57,258 bases of DNA, taken from NCBI RefSeq assembly GCF_022448665.1, contig NZ_JAKUUO010000003.1; one strand, written 5' to 3'. The notes beneath the pieces are model-generated. The model saw only the letters and a program-made list of their open reading frames with translations, did not search any database and was not told the origin of the DNA. Source of the DNA: Candidatus Thalassarchaeum betae. Its GTDB lineage: Archaea > Thermoplasmatota > Poseidoniia > Poseidoniales > Thalassarchaeaceae. This document shows positions 1-8,872 of the stretch, piece after piece (within the stretch, counting starts at the first letter, position 1; the number at the start of each line of letters is the position of its first letter). The position numbers and the translations under genes were made by a program.

Positions 1-65
1 CCGGAGGGCCGCCACGAAGAATGAAAAGCCGTCAAGTATCAGCGGTGGAGTACCGAGGTGGAACG

Positions 66-815
66 ATGCTCAGAGTAACAGCCAATACAGGGTTGCTCAA
101 GGAAATCACCGATTGCCTCTCGATTCTCACGGAGGAGGTGAAATTATCGTGGGGCGAGAAAGGGCTGAGCGTCAGCGTAGTCGACGGTTCGCACGTCGCC
201 CTCCTCTCGGCCGTCGTCTCCGATGTATGCTTCGAGACCTATGAGGTCGAACCGGTTGAGATCGGGCTCGAACTCGGCAAGCTTCGAGATCTGCTGAATC
301 TCCCCGGCCTTGAATCCAACCTCGTCGAGATCGACTACGACGAGAACGTGGGCGCACTGAACGTTCGAATCGGCGAAGTGCACAGAATCCTACGCGGCCT
401 CGATACAGGATCGATGCAGGACCCCAAGTTGCCGGTTTTGGAGTTCGACAGCAGCGCCACTATCAGCTCGGAGAAGCTCTCTCGGGCGCTTCGAGCGGCC
501 AAGCTCGTCGGCGAGTTGGCCGACCTCAGCATTGACTCGAAGGAGCTTCGTATTTCCGTGACCGTTGAGGCCGGTGAGGGAGTCAATGTCCGCTTCGAGG
601 CGGGTGAACTCAGCGAACTGGTCTGCGCTGCTCCGACCCAGTCGACTTACTCACTGCAATACCTAGAGGTTCTGACTCGCAAATTGGCCGCTGGGCTCGC
701 TCAGGATGTCCAGGTCCAGTTCCAGGACCGGTACCCGCTCTGCTTGCAGTGGAACAGCAACGATGGCGGTGCTGAGTGGAAGTTTTACCTGGCTCCTCGT
801 GTCTCCAACGAGTGA
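66..815 (+). CDS. pcn: DNA polymerase sliding clamp (PCNA)
   Basis: ORF 21..815. From the Met at 66 the ~249-aa product (MLRVTANTGLLKEITDCLSILTEEV...VVDGSHVALL) has the length and N-terminal pattern of archaeal PCNA. The 15-codon extension to ATG 21 is judged less likely. Confidence 0.8.
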   Translation: MLRVTANTGLLKEITDCLSILTEEVKLSWGEKGLSVSVVDGSHVALLSAVVSDVCFETYEVEPVEIGLELGKLRDLLNLPGLESNLVEIDYDENVGALNVRIGEVHRILRGLDTGSMQDPKLPVLEFDSSATISSEKLSRALRAAKLVGELADLSIDSKELRISVTVEAGEGVNVRFEAGELSELVCAAPTQSTYSLQYLEVLTRKLAAGLAQDVQVQFQDRYPLCLQWNSNDGGAEWKFYLAPRVSNE

Positions 816-860
816 CAAGCGACCCGTGGTTAAATGAGTGCGAACTAGGGCCGGCAGGCC

Positions 861-1949
861 GTGAGCCGATCTGTGTGCGTCATTGTTCCCAGTGTCGGGA
901 ACCAGGTCGAACTGGGTATCACCCTCGACGGTTTGCTCGCTCAGAGCTACTACGGGCCCTGTGAGATTGTCGTGGTAGGCCCGGGTGCTGACCCGGGTCG
1001 CGAGCAGGCTGAGTCGAGGGCGGTGCGCTTCATCGACGATGCAGGCTCGCGAACCCGCGCAGACGCCTGCAATGTCGCTCTGGACGCGACAGAATCCGAG
1101 CTGGTCTTCTTCACCGACGATGACGTGATTGTTGCCCGAACTTGGGTTGAGCAGTTGGCACGCTGGTTCGAGAGGCCCGAGGTGGCAGGAGTCGGCGGGC
1201 CCAACTTCGCCCCGCCGGAGCACTCCACCCTACAGCAGCAGATCATCGATGTCAGCTTCTGCAGCAGGATCTTCACCGTGGGAACGAACTACGGCAGGAA
1301 AGGGGCGGGGGAACTCGATGAGGTCGAGCAGCTGCCCGGGGTCAACTCCGCATATCGGCGCTCTGTACTGCAGGAGGTCGGAGGCTTCCCGCCCGGTTGC
1401 ATAGGTGCCGAAGACGTCATCCTCGACCACATGATTCGGCAAGCCGGCCACAGGCTGTGGACCGACAGGACAGCTGTGATGTGGCACCGTCGCAGGGACC
1501 TCTCAAGGGTGAAGAGGCAGATTCGCAACTACGGTCTGGTCAGGACTCTAGCGAGTCACGAGCACCGCGAGTTGCGCGCCTGGAGCCACACTATTGTGGC
1601 GATGTTTCCCCCGATAGTCCTGAGTGCCTTCGCCTTCTTCTTCTGGGGGCTCGCCAACGGCGGCCTGAACTGGCCCGAGTTCTGGGACATCTCGTACGAG
1701 ACCGTTCCGATGGGGTGGCCTCGCGCAGGAGTCCATACTCTGGTCAGCCTGATCGTTCTGTACAACCTCATTGCCTGGTACGGGGCTGCCAAGGGAAATT
1801 CCCCTTGTCGAACTCCTAAAACCGTCTTCCTTTCCTCTATTGCGACTTTCGCGTTGCACTGGAACTATGGAATGGGTGTGCTACAAGGTTGGTGGCGCAT
1901 CTTCACCGGCAATTCCGGACTGCAGATTGACGATAGGTCCAGAGACTAA
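861..1949 (+). CDS. family 2 glycosyltransferase with C-terminal membrane helices
   Basis: N-terminal VCVIVPSVGN...EIVVVG...FFTDDDV pattern typical of the GT2 fold. Hydrophobic C-terminal segments (IVAMFPPIVLSAFAFFFWGL, LVSLIVLYNLIAWYG). Confidence 0.7.
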   Translation: MSRSVCVIVPSVGNQVELGITLDGLLAQSYYGPCEIVVVGPGADPGREQAESRAVRFIDDAGSRTRADACNVALDATESELVFFTDDDVIVARTWVEQLARWFERPEVAGVGGPNFAPPEHSTLQQQIIDVSFCSRIFTVGTNYGRKGAGELDEVEQLPGVNSAYRRSVLQEVGGFPPGCIGAEDVILDHMIRQAGHRLWTDRTAVMWHRRRDLSRVKRQIRNYGLVRTLASHEHRELRAWSHTIVAMFPPIVLSAFAFFFWGLANGGLNWPEFWDISYETVPMGWPRAGVHTLVSLIVLYNLIAWYGAAKGNSPCRTPKTVFLSSIATFALHWNYGMGVLQGWWRIFTGNSGLQIDDRSRD

Positions 1950-1950
1950 C

Positions 1951-3843
1951 TCAGGCCTCTGCCGCGCCCAGCTCCCCGGTCTGGATCAACCACTGGCTTG
2001 CGTATACGGCGTCGTTGGAGAGCAGTTCTCTGTGGATGCCACGCTCGACGATGGCTCCGTCGACCATCGCGATAATCTCGTCGGCGTTGCGAATGGTGGC
2101 GAGGCGGTGAGCGACCGCGATGGTGATCCTCTGTGAGTCCCCGTTCGAGCCGCCGAAGAGCGACATCTGAATGCGTTTCTCGGTCTCGGCGTCGAGGGCC
2201 GCCGAGGCCTCGTCGAGTATCAGCAGGTCGGGGTCCTTGAGCAGGGCACGCGCCAGTGCTACTCTAGCGCGCTGGCCTCCCGACAGCATGACGCCCCGGT
2301 CCCCGACCATCGTGTCAATACCATCCGGAAGCTCCGAGACGAATTCCCATGCGCCTGCGGTCTCGAGAGCCTTCCGAATCTCATCGTCTGAGGCCTCGCG
2401 GGCATAGGAGACGTTGGACTTCACATCACCGAAGAACATGAACGGGTCCTGGGAAACGAAGCCGATTCTGTCGCGGACTGACGCGATGGCGTAGTCGTTG
2501 ATGTCTATGCCGTTGATCTTCACCGTGCCATGCTGGGGCTCGTAGAACCTCTCGACCAGCTTGAGGATGGTGCTCTTGCCTGCCCCGGTGTGCCCCATCA
2601 CCCCGAGGAACTCCCCCGAGGAGGCGGAGAACGAGATGCCGTTGAGCACGTTGGCCTCCGATGTGGGATAGGCGAAGGTGACGTCGTCGAACGAGATCGA
2701 GCGGATTGGGCTATCGAGCGGGATAGCGTCGGGCTTGTCAAAAATCGACGGTTCGAGGTCCATCAGTGCGAACACACGCTTGGAGGCTGCCTCACCTCTC
2801 TGAATCTGGCCAATTAACATCCCCATGACAAACATTGGCATGGTTAATCTTGTCGAGATCAAAAGGTACGTGACAAATTGGCCAGGAGTGATCTCGCCGG
2901 ACGCCATGAGCCAGCCACCTGCCGAGACCAGTAGGCCGAAAGACAGGCCGGCCACAACGTAGATCCCCGGGATGAATCGGTTGCGCAGGTTGGCGGCGAG
3001 AATCGCCTGGTCGCGGTAGTCGCCGCTCTCTCTCTCGACGCGAGCGCGCTCGAAGTCGCTTGCGTTGTAGGCCTGTACTGTGACGATTCCAGCAAGCACG
3101 TTCTCGAGGATGCCGACTATCCCGCCTGTGCTCTCACGCTGCTTGCGATAGCGCGGCTGGATCCTTGTAGAGAACCAGATCACCATGGGGATGACCAGGA
3201 TCAGGGGGATGCCTAGGATCAGCGACAGCGTCGGTGACATCCAGAACATTATCGCGAACGAGGCGGAGAAGGTGATTATTATCCGGATTATCGATGTGGA
3301 AGAATCCGAAACTACGTCCTCCAACTGCGCGACATCAGCAGAGAGGACCGACATCAGATTGCCTGTCTGACGGGTCTCGAAGTAGGACGCCTCCATCGCC
3401 ATCAGGCTGGTGGTGGCGTCCATTCTGATATCGTGTTGAACCATGTACGCAGTACTCTGCCACATGTACTCGCTGATGCCCTGAAAGACAGCGAGGAAGG
3501 TGAACGAGACCAGAATGAGAAGACCGAAGCCGAATTCGACGGACCCTATGGGGCCCACTTCCGGAAGGTGACTCGAACTGACCAAGGACTGTATGGTGGA
3601 GCTGGTGAACGTTCCGCTCTGGTACCAGTCTGCCGCCATCCCGATCACGATAAATGGTATCAGGTCGAACGCGCGGGCTGCCGCATTGGCGGCGACTCCA
3701 CCGGCTGCACGCTTCCAATATCTCTTGAGATAGGGGACGATGCGCCATATCTTGCGGCCGACGATCTGCTTCTCGTCAAGGAGGTCGGATTCGTCCTTGC
3801 TGATTGCTATGCCCGGAGCGGCGGCATCGTCGTCTTGTGACAC
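1951..3843 (-). CDS. ABC exporter, fused permease/ATPase (MsbA/multidrug-type)
   Basis: 630 aa. N-terminal multi-TM domain, Walker A GHTGAGKST, ABC signature LSGGQRARV, Walker B LLILDEASAALD. Apparent GTG start. Confidence 0.9.
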   Translation of the reverse strand: MSQDDDAAAPGIAISKDESDLLDEKQIVGRKIWRIVPYLKRYWKRAAGGVAANAAARAFDLIPFIVIGMAADWYQSGTFTSSTIQSLVSSSHLPEVGPIGSVEFGFGLLILVSFTFLAVFQGISEYMWQSTAYMVQHDIRMDATTSLMAMEASYFETRQTGNLMSVLSADVAQLEDVVSDSSTSIIRIIITFSASFAIMFWMSPTLSLILGIPLILVIPMVIWFSTRIQPRYRKQRESTGGIVGILENVLAGIVTVQAYNASDFERARVERESGDYRDQAILAANLRNRFIPGIYVVAGLSFGLLVSAGGWLMASGEITPGQFVTYLLISTRLTMPMFVMGMLIGQIQRGEAASKRVFALMDLEPSIFDKPDAIPLDSPIRSISFDDVTFAYPTSEANVLNGISFSASSGEFLGVMGHTGAGKSTILKLVERFYEPQHGTVKINGIDINDYAIASVRDRIGFVSQDPFMFFGDVKSNVSYAREASDDEIRKALETAGAWEFVSELPDGIDTMVGDRGVMLSGGQRARVALARALLKDPDLLILDEASAALDAETEKRIQMSLFGGSNGDSQRITIAVAHRLATIRNADEIIAMVDGAIVERGIHRELLSNDAVYASQWLIQTGELGAAEA

Positions 3844-3864
3844 GTCCCTCCGTCAGGAGGGACG
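3843..3864 (-). promoter_or_regulatory. perfect 9-bp stem / 4-nt loop hairpin abutting the ABC exporter start codon
   Basis: CGTCCCTCC-GTCA-GGAGGGACG read directly. On the mRNA strand the GGAGGG arm sits next to the GTG start. Confidence 0.3.
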
Positions 3865-3935
3865 CGTTTGAATGCTTCACTCGTCGATTTCGACCACCAA
3901 ATCGGTTTAATGGATGGCTCGGCTCGGCAAGTCAA

Positions 3936-4009
3936 GCGCTCTTGATCTAGTCTGGTTATGATTACGGGTTTCCAACCCGTCCACGGGGATTCGAATTCCC
4001 CAGAGCGCA
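3936..4009 (+). tRNA. tRNA-Gly (anticodon UCC), CCA encoded at 4010..4012
   Basis: Hand-folded cloverleaf. Acceptor GCGCTCT/AGAGCGC, anticodon stem ACGGG/CCCGT with loop TTTCCAA, T arm GGGGA-TTCGAAT-TCCCC, discriminator A. 74 nt. Confidence 0.85.
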
Positions 4010-4061
4010 CCATCAACCACCACTACGCTCAGTTCATCAACCAGCCCTCAGTGGCTCGTTC

Positions 4062-4262
4062 ATGCTACTCCGTCAGAAACTGGGTGTTGTCTTGATGTTC
4101 CTGTTCCTGCCGATTAACGGCCCCCTCTGGAGGATGGGGCTTGAAGAGCTGGGTTACGAGGTCACCCTAGGTGATTTCCAGGGATTCGTCGTGACCGTCA
4201 TCCTGTTCGTGACGGGTGCCGTTATGACTTTCATGCCCGAACTCCGGTGGCCTAGCGACTAG
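4062..4262 (+). CDS. small hypothetical membrane protein (66 aa)
   Basis: Two hydrophobic segments (LGVVLMFLFLPI, FVVTVILFVTGAVMTF). No recognisable family. Confidence 0.3.
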   Translation: MLLRQKLGVVLMFLFLPINGPLWRMGLEELGYEVTLGDFQGFVVTVILFVTGAVMTFMPELRWPSD

Positions 4263-5139
4263 AGTACAAATCAGCAGGCCACTCACTGTGGATGCTCATC
4301 ATCAGGTCACTGACCTCGTCGTCGCTCCAGTCGGCCGAGAGGAGTGCAGAGCACAGTTGCTGGGTGCGCTTGGGCACGGTCTTGGGACCCAGCACAGCGC
4401 CCGGTCGTCGGGGGTCGTCTAGGAAGTCCGTCTCCATGCCCCATGGGGATGCCGCCGAACGAGCCGTCTCGGCCAGCCTCTCGACGCTCCGCTTGCCCAC
4501 GCTCACGGTGGCCGCGAGTCCGTGGGTGAAGTCGGCGCTGACATCAGCCGGTGCGTAGTGCCGAACCGCCCGGTCCCTCGGCAGACCGGCCTTGTCGCAC
4601 AGCCCGGCGAGTTCCCTGCAGGTCGCCTCGCCGTTGTCCTCGACATGCAGCTGGATCGTAGCCCCTGCTCCTGCGGCAAGCGACATGACCTCGAGGAGGA
4701 GGTCGTTGGCGGCCGCCCAAGTCTGCTCATCGACAGGGTAGTGGGGCCTGCCGACCTCTCCGAGGCAGACTGCTTCGCCGGCCTCGATATGCTCGAGAGC
4801 GAGGCCTGCGGCCTCGAGGTGGAGTTCTGTCGACCTCTCGAGGCCTAGGGTCTCTATCTGATGAGCCCACGCCACCGGATGCGGTCCAAGCACGACTCCG
4901 ACGTCGATTCCGAACTCATCCCTGACCTCGTCGGCCATGCTCAGCGTGTCCGTGTAGGCAGCTCGGTAGCCGTCGAGGTCTGTGGGCAGAGCAGCGGAGA
5001 ACCCCGGCTTGTGTACCAGCATGATTCCAGTGCCGCCCGAGCGAGTGAACTCGGAGATTGCGTCGAGGAACCTGTTGGAGCGGTCGAGGTGTAGGTGCTG
5101 GTCTAGTATGGCGCCGGTCCAGAGTCCGTCGACCAACAT
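4252..5139 (-). CDS. TatD-family metal-dependent hydrolase (archaeal TatD-related)
   Basis: DQHLHLD (HxH) near the N-terminus, GEVGRPHY, QLHVED. ~295 aa TIM-barrel hydrolase pattern. Confidence 0.6.
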   Translation of the reverse strand: MLVDGLWTGAILDQHLHLDRSNRFLDAISEFTRSGGTGIMLVHKPGFSAALPTDLDGYRAAYTDTLSMADEVRDEFGIDVGVVLGPHPVAWAHQIETLGLERSTELHLEAAGLALEHIEAGEAVCLGEVGRPHYPVDEQTWAAANDLLLEVMSLAAGAGATIQLHVEDNGEATCRELAGLCDKAGLPRDRAVRHYAPADVSADFTHGLAATVSVGKRSVERLAETARSAASPWGMETDFLDDPRRPGAVLGPKTVPKRTQQLCSALLSADWSDDEVSDLMMSIHSEWPADLYSSR

Positions 5140-5143
5140 GCTC

Positions 5144-5671
5144 TCACGCTAGGACTCCTTCTTCCTCCAGCAGGCCGGCCCAGTGTCGGACAGCCATCTC
5201 GGCGACCTTCTTGGAGGCCTGCCCGAGGATCACTCCATGGCCGTTATTGAACATCAGGAGCTCTGTGCTGTGCAGTCTAGCGGTGATCCTGAGCGCTCCG
5301 AGTCGGTGGTCCATCTCGATGTCCGCGAATCTCTCCGCGGCGAGATCGAGCATAACTGCTCGCCCGATAGAGAATCGGATGAGCATGTCGCCTGACTCCA
5401 TCTGCAGGTTCTCATCCGACTGGCCGAGGGTGAGAAGCAGCTCCTGGATTGCGAGTCTTGCGACTTCCTCGCGCGCTATACCGTGAACGAGCACCGAGCC
5501 GTTCGGCTCGATGACGAAGGTTGCGCGCGGCCGCTCGTGGCTCACCACGACGTAGGGGTCACTGACCGAGCCTCCGGCGAGTGAGACTGCTTCCTGATGG
5601 TTGATTGGGGCTGATGGGGTGAAGCGGTAAGTCTGGGTCTCGACGTCGATGACGATTCTTCCCTCCTCCAT
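5144..5671 (-). CDS. divergent TBP-fold protein (TATA-binding-protein-like pseudo-dimer)
   Basis: 175 aa with an internal repeat: ATFVIEPNGSVLVHGIAREEVARLAIQELL versus TELLMFNNGHGVILGQASKKVAEMAVRHWAGLL. This mirrors the TBP motif LIFSSGKxVxTGAKSxxxxxxAxxKxxxxL. Acidic C-terminal tail. Canonical TBP N-terminal motifs are absent. Confidence 0.45.
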   Translation of the reverse strand: MEEGRIVIDVETQTYRFTPSAPINHQEAVSLAGGSVSDPYVVVSHERPRATFVIEPNGSVLVHGIAREEVARLAIQELLLTLGQSDENLQMESGDMLIRFSIGRAVMLDLAAERFADIEMDHRLGALRITARLHSTELLMFNNGHGVILGQASKKVAEMAVRHWAGLLEEEGVLA

Positions 5672-5673
5672 GT

Positions 5674-6474
5674 TCAGCCCTCCTTTTGCACCGGCTCCGC
5701 GTCCGGCCAGGCACCGACTGCAGCCTCCAAGGAGGGCAGAGACGCCTGATGGACCGGAACCAGCAGGGTGGAATCCCTTGCTCCAGCATCTTCAACCCTC
5801 CTGTTCTCGCTCAGATCTGCGAGTGCCCCCCTCAAACGGGCCGCAAAACGGTGGTTTCGCTCTGCGAGCATCTCCGGCGAGAGGAATCCCTGCTCCTCTA
5901 CCCACCAAGTGGCGCACGAGGCCGCGGCGGCACCCAAGTCCGTGTCGACCCCCTTGGCCATCTCGACCTTGGGGATCGCCTCGGAGCGGGTCCTCCTCCA
6001 GCGTCTTGAGGTTGTTAGCGTGGACAGCAGGGAGGTGACTCGAGAATGCTCGTCAGCGCTCCTCTCGAGCCAGTTCAACCACGATTCGTCGTCCATTTCA
6101 GGCTCGATAGGGTAGATCGGCATGCCACCTCTGGCGTTGTCCGCGTGCAGCAGCAGCCGGAACTGCTCGGGATCCGGGATCTTGGGGCCATCTACCTCGT
6201 ACTCCTGCAGGTCCTTCATCAGCCGGCCTAGGACGGTTCCCGATGCTATCGCGGCCTCGATGTGGACCCCCGGGCTCTCTCTGTCCTGCTCCTCGTCCTG
6301 CCTCCAACCGCCTAGGTCACTCTCGCTGAACAGGAGAGCCAGTCCGTCCCAGGAATCCCTGTATCTCAGTGAGCTCGGCATCCGCACGCATGGAAGATGC
6401 GGCCACAGCACGATGCGTCCGCCGTCAGGGTCCTCCAGAATCGCTGGATTCCACTGCAGTCGGGGCACTTCCAC
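5674..6474 (-). CDS. hypothetical protein (266 aa)
   Basis: Only long ORF here. Its stop lies 3 nt from the downstream TBP-like gene, suggesting an operon. No recognised motif. Confidence 0.5.
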   Translation of the reverse strand: MEVPRLQWNPAILEDPDGGRIVLWPHLPCVRMPSSLRYRDSWDGLALLFSESDLGGWRQDEEQDRESPGVHIEAAIASGTVLGRLMKDLQEYEVDGPKIPDPEQFRLLLHADNARGGMPIYPIEPEMDDESWLNWLERSADEHSRVTSLLSTLTTSRRWRRTRSEAIPKVEMAKGVDTDLGAAAASCATWWVEEQGFLSPEMLAERNHRFAARLRGALADLSENRRVEDAGARDSTLLVPVHQASLPSLEAAVGAWPDAEPVQKEG

Positions 6475-6560
6475 GGCTCTGCGAGCGGCCGCCCTCGGTT
6501 GAAGACAACGGTCGAAGAACCGATTCGAGGAAGATTGCAGAAATGTTAGATTGAAGGAGG

Positions 6561-7037
6561 ATGGGCTCTCGAGGGCGGCTGAGAGACATGGGTGAGCCTT
6601 ACTCCCTCGAGCCAGTTGTGCTGCTCAATGAGGTGTTTCCTGGCCATACAAATTCAATGGACACTCTCTATGGTGGCCATCTGATGTCGATTATGGACAC
6701 CGCGGCTGGGATGGTCTCAAGCAAATTCGCTCACAGTGAATTCGTCACCGTCTCAGTAGACGCTCTGAAGTTCCGCATGCCGGCCTACCAGGGCGATATC
6801 ATCCGCACAACAGCCAGGGTCGTCTGGACCTCGCCGCACACCGCTGGGGTCCATGTGGTATCTTGTAGGCTGTCGCGCTCTGAATGGGAGGGAGAGGAGA
6901 TCTGCTCGGGCTTCTTCTTCATGGTGGCCGTCGACTCCGACATGCGTCCGGCCGAAATTCCTCAGTTCACCCCCGAGACTGAAGAGGAAAAGGGACTGTG
7001 GAACAGGGCTCAGGCCGCCCGCGACGCCATGGGATGA
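6561..7037 (+). CDS. acyl-CoA thioesterase (hotdog fold, YciA-like)
   Basis: NSMDTLYGGHLMSIMDTAAGMV...VTVSVDALKFRMP pattern of acyl-CoA hydrolases. GAAGGAGG Shine-Dalgarno just upstream of the ATG. Confidence 0.8.
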   Translation: MGSRGRLRDMGEPYSLEPVVLLNEVFPGHTNSMDTLYGGHLMSIMDTAAGMVSSKFAHSEFVTVSVDALKFRMPAYQGDIIRTTARVVWTSPHTAGVHVVSCRLSRSEWEGEEICSGFFFMVAVDSDMRPAEIPQFTPETEEEKGLWNRAQAARDAMG

Positions 7038-7166
7038 CGGCACAGTGTTCTGATAATTCGATTCGGAGGGCTCGGACGGCGCTCGGCTCGTGTGCGCGTA
7101 AGGGGCGCGCGCGAGGACTCAGCACCCCGAGCAGTTATAGCCAATCAGAGTCGCTCAAACTGCCGG

Positions 7167-8870
7167 ATGTACTCAGTCGGGCGAGAGCCCGACCAGGATG
7201 AAGATAAGTCGGAGCTCTTCGGAAATCTGAGTCTGGTCGGGTCTGGAGGCAGGTTTGTCGCGGTCCTCACCAAGCGTCAGCTGACGCTGGAGAGATTCGA
7301 TGGGCATGGGATTCGTCTTTCTCTAGGGTCGATCTCAAGAATGCGCCACATGAAGGTCCCAATGCTGCCTGATGGGGCCATTCCCCTGGGTCTCGTTGCG
7401 ATCTACCTCGGAGTGAGTGTCATGCTCCCTCCATACGCCATGGTGGCAACAGCTGCGGGAGCGTTGACTCTCCTCGGATACCTGGTCTCCCGGACCTCGG
7501 TACTCGCCATCGAGACCGAGGCTGGTGACAGGCACATCGTCTCCGGTAGTGAGGGAGTTCTGCTCAGACTGTGCCTGATGGTCGACAGAGTCAGGCACGG
7601 CAACTCGATAGAGGAGGCTAGGATGGGGCTGGAACACATCGATGCAGAGTTGCCGTCATACCCTGCCTTCAGGGACGCGGGCGGTGCGCTGCCGGAGCCA
7701 AAGGGGCTTCTAGCCGCACCGGGGGATGACCTGGTGGTGAGCGAACTCGAGGAGGAGTTGATGTCCTTCGACTTCGATACCCCCGCACCTCCAATTACTC
7801 CAGAGGTGCCAGCAACCACCGCGGAGCCACTGCTCTCCTGGGAGGCGGAGGAACCGGCCGCACCCGCACCGCCGTACTCACCACCTATCTATCAGCCACA
7901 GCCCCCACAGGAACCGGTTCGCTCAGCCTACGAGAGAGCCTGGAATCGCGAGGAGACCCCCTCTTGGTACACCGAGAAGCCTGCCGCAGGCAGCAGGATA
8001 GATTCAGCCGGAGAGGATGCTGCCGGAGCCATGGACCTGTTCGGCGAAGGTGGCATCTTTGATGCTGAGCCGCCCTCCAACTACTCTCCACCGACCACCT
8101 CGACACCCTACAGCGCCCCGACTCCCGATCCACCGACCTATACGGCACCCAGCACCTACATCCAAACCACTGGCCCTCCACCGATGGAGAGAAGGCCGAC
8201 CAGTTCTGAGATGATCAGGAGGGCTCACGACAGATTTGGCCCCCCAACAGGACCTTACTCCGGGCCCAGCCTGCCTGCTCCGACCGAAGCAGCTGTCCGC
8301 GACGAATGCAGGGCCGGTATAGTGAGACAGGCACGAGCCAAGCAGGCCCTTCTGAGCCAAGGAGGAGGATATCAACCACCCACCCTCGACGCCGCCAGCC
8401 TCGAGGAGTTCCCCGGAATATCGAAGCTGGCTAACTCCATGAGCACCGGACGAATCAGGTCCAACAAGAGGGCAATACAGAAGTCGGCCCCTAGCTGGAT
8501 TGAAGTCCTGCTGCGCCCCACTGCCCGACCTGTTAGGGGCAGAAGTCATTCCTATGCCTCCGAATACGGTGACGGTGACGGGGAGGTAGCGCGCTCTGAT
8601 GCTCATTTCCAGAGTTCCCAACACATCCGACTACGGAGTGACCAGGAACACCAAGCAGACGTAGCGGCACACGGTAGAGGGATTCAGGAGGCGCAAAGCC
8701 ACTCAGCCAGGGACGTCTTGAGCGAAGTCGTCAACAGGGTGTCGACCGGTGAGGAGAGGAGCCCGACAGACTTGCGCCACTCAGCGAGCGGGCTGAGATT
8801 CTCGCAGTTGAGAAGGACCTCGTCGAAGGGAGATCCTCATCCGCTACCAGGAATCCGCAGATTGGAGTAG
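7167..8870 (+). CDS. hypothetical membrane protein with long Pro/Tyr-rich disordered tail
   Basis: ORF 7092..8870, with the ATG at 7167 (MYSVGREP) preferred. N-terminal domain with two hydrophobic helices (IPLGLVAIYLGVSVMLPPYAMVATAAGALTLLGYLV), then a low-complexity P-rich region. Confidence 0.5.
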   Translation: MYSVGREPDQDEDKSELFGNLSLVGSGGRFVAVLTKRQLTLERFDGHGIRLSLGSISRMRHMKVPMLPDGAIPLGLVAIYLGVSVMLPPYAMVATAAGALTLLGYLVSRTSVLAIETEAGDRHIVSGSEGVLLRLCLMVDRVRHGNSIEEARMGLEHIDAELPSYPAFRDAGGALPEPKGLLAAPGDDLVVSELEEELMSFDFDTPAPPITPEVPATTAEPLLSWEAEEPAAPAPPYSPPIYQPQPPQEPVRSAYERAWNREETPSWYTEKPAAGSRIDSAGEDAAGAMDLFGEGGIFDAEPPSNYSPPTTSTPYSAPTPDPPTYTAPSTYIQTTGPPPMERRPTSSEMIRRAHDRFGPPTGPYSGPSLPAPTEAAVRDECRAGIVRQARAKQALLSQGGGYQPPTLDAASLEEFPGISKLANSMSTGRIRSNKRAIQKSAPSWIEVLLRPTARPVRGRSHSYASEYGDGDGEVARSDAHFQSSQHIRLRSDQEHQADVAAHGRGIQEAQSHSARDVLSEVVNRVSTGEERSPTDLRHSASGLRFSQLRRTSSKGDPHPLPGIRRLE

Positions 8871-8872
8871 TC

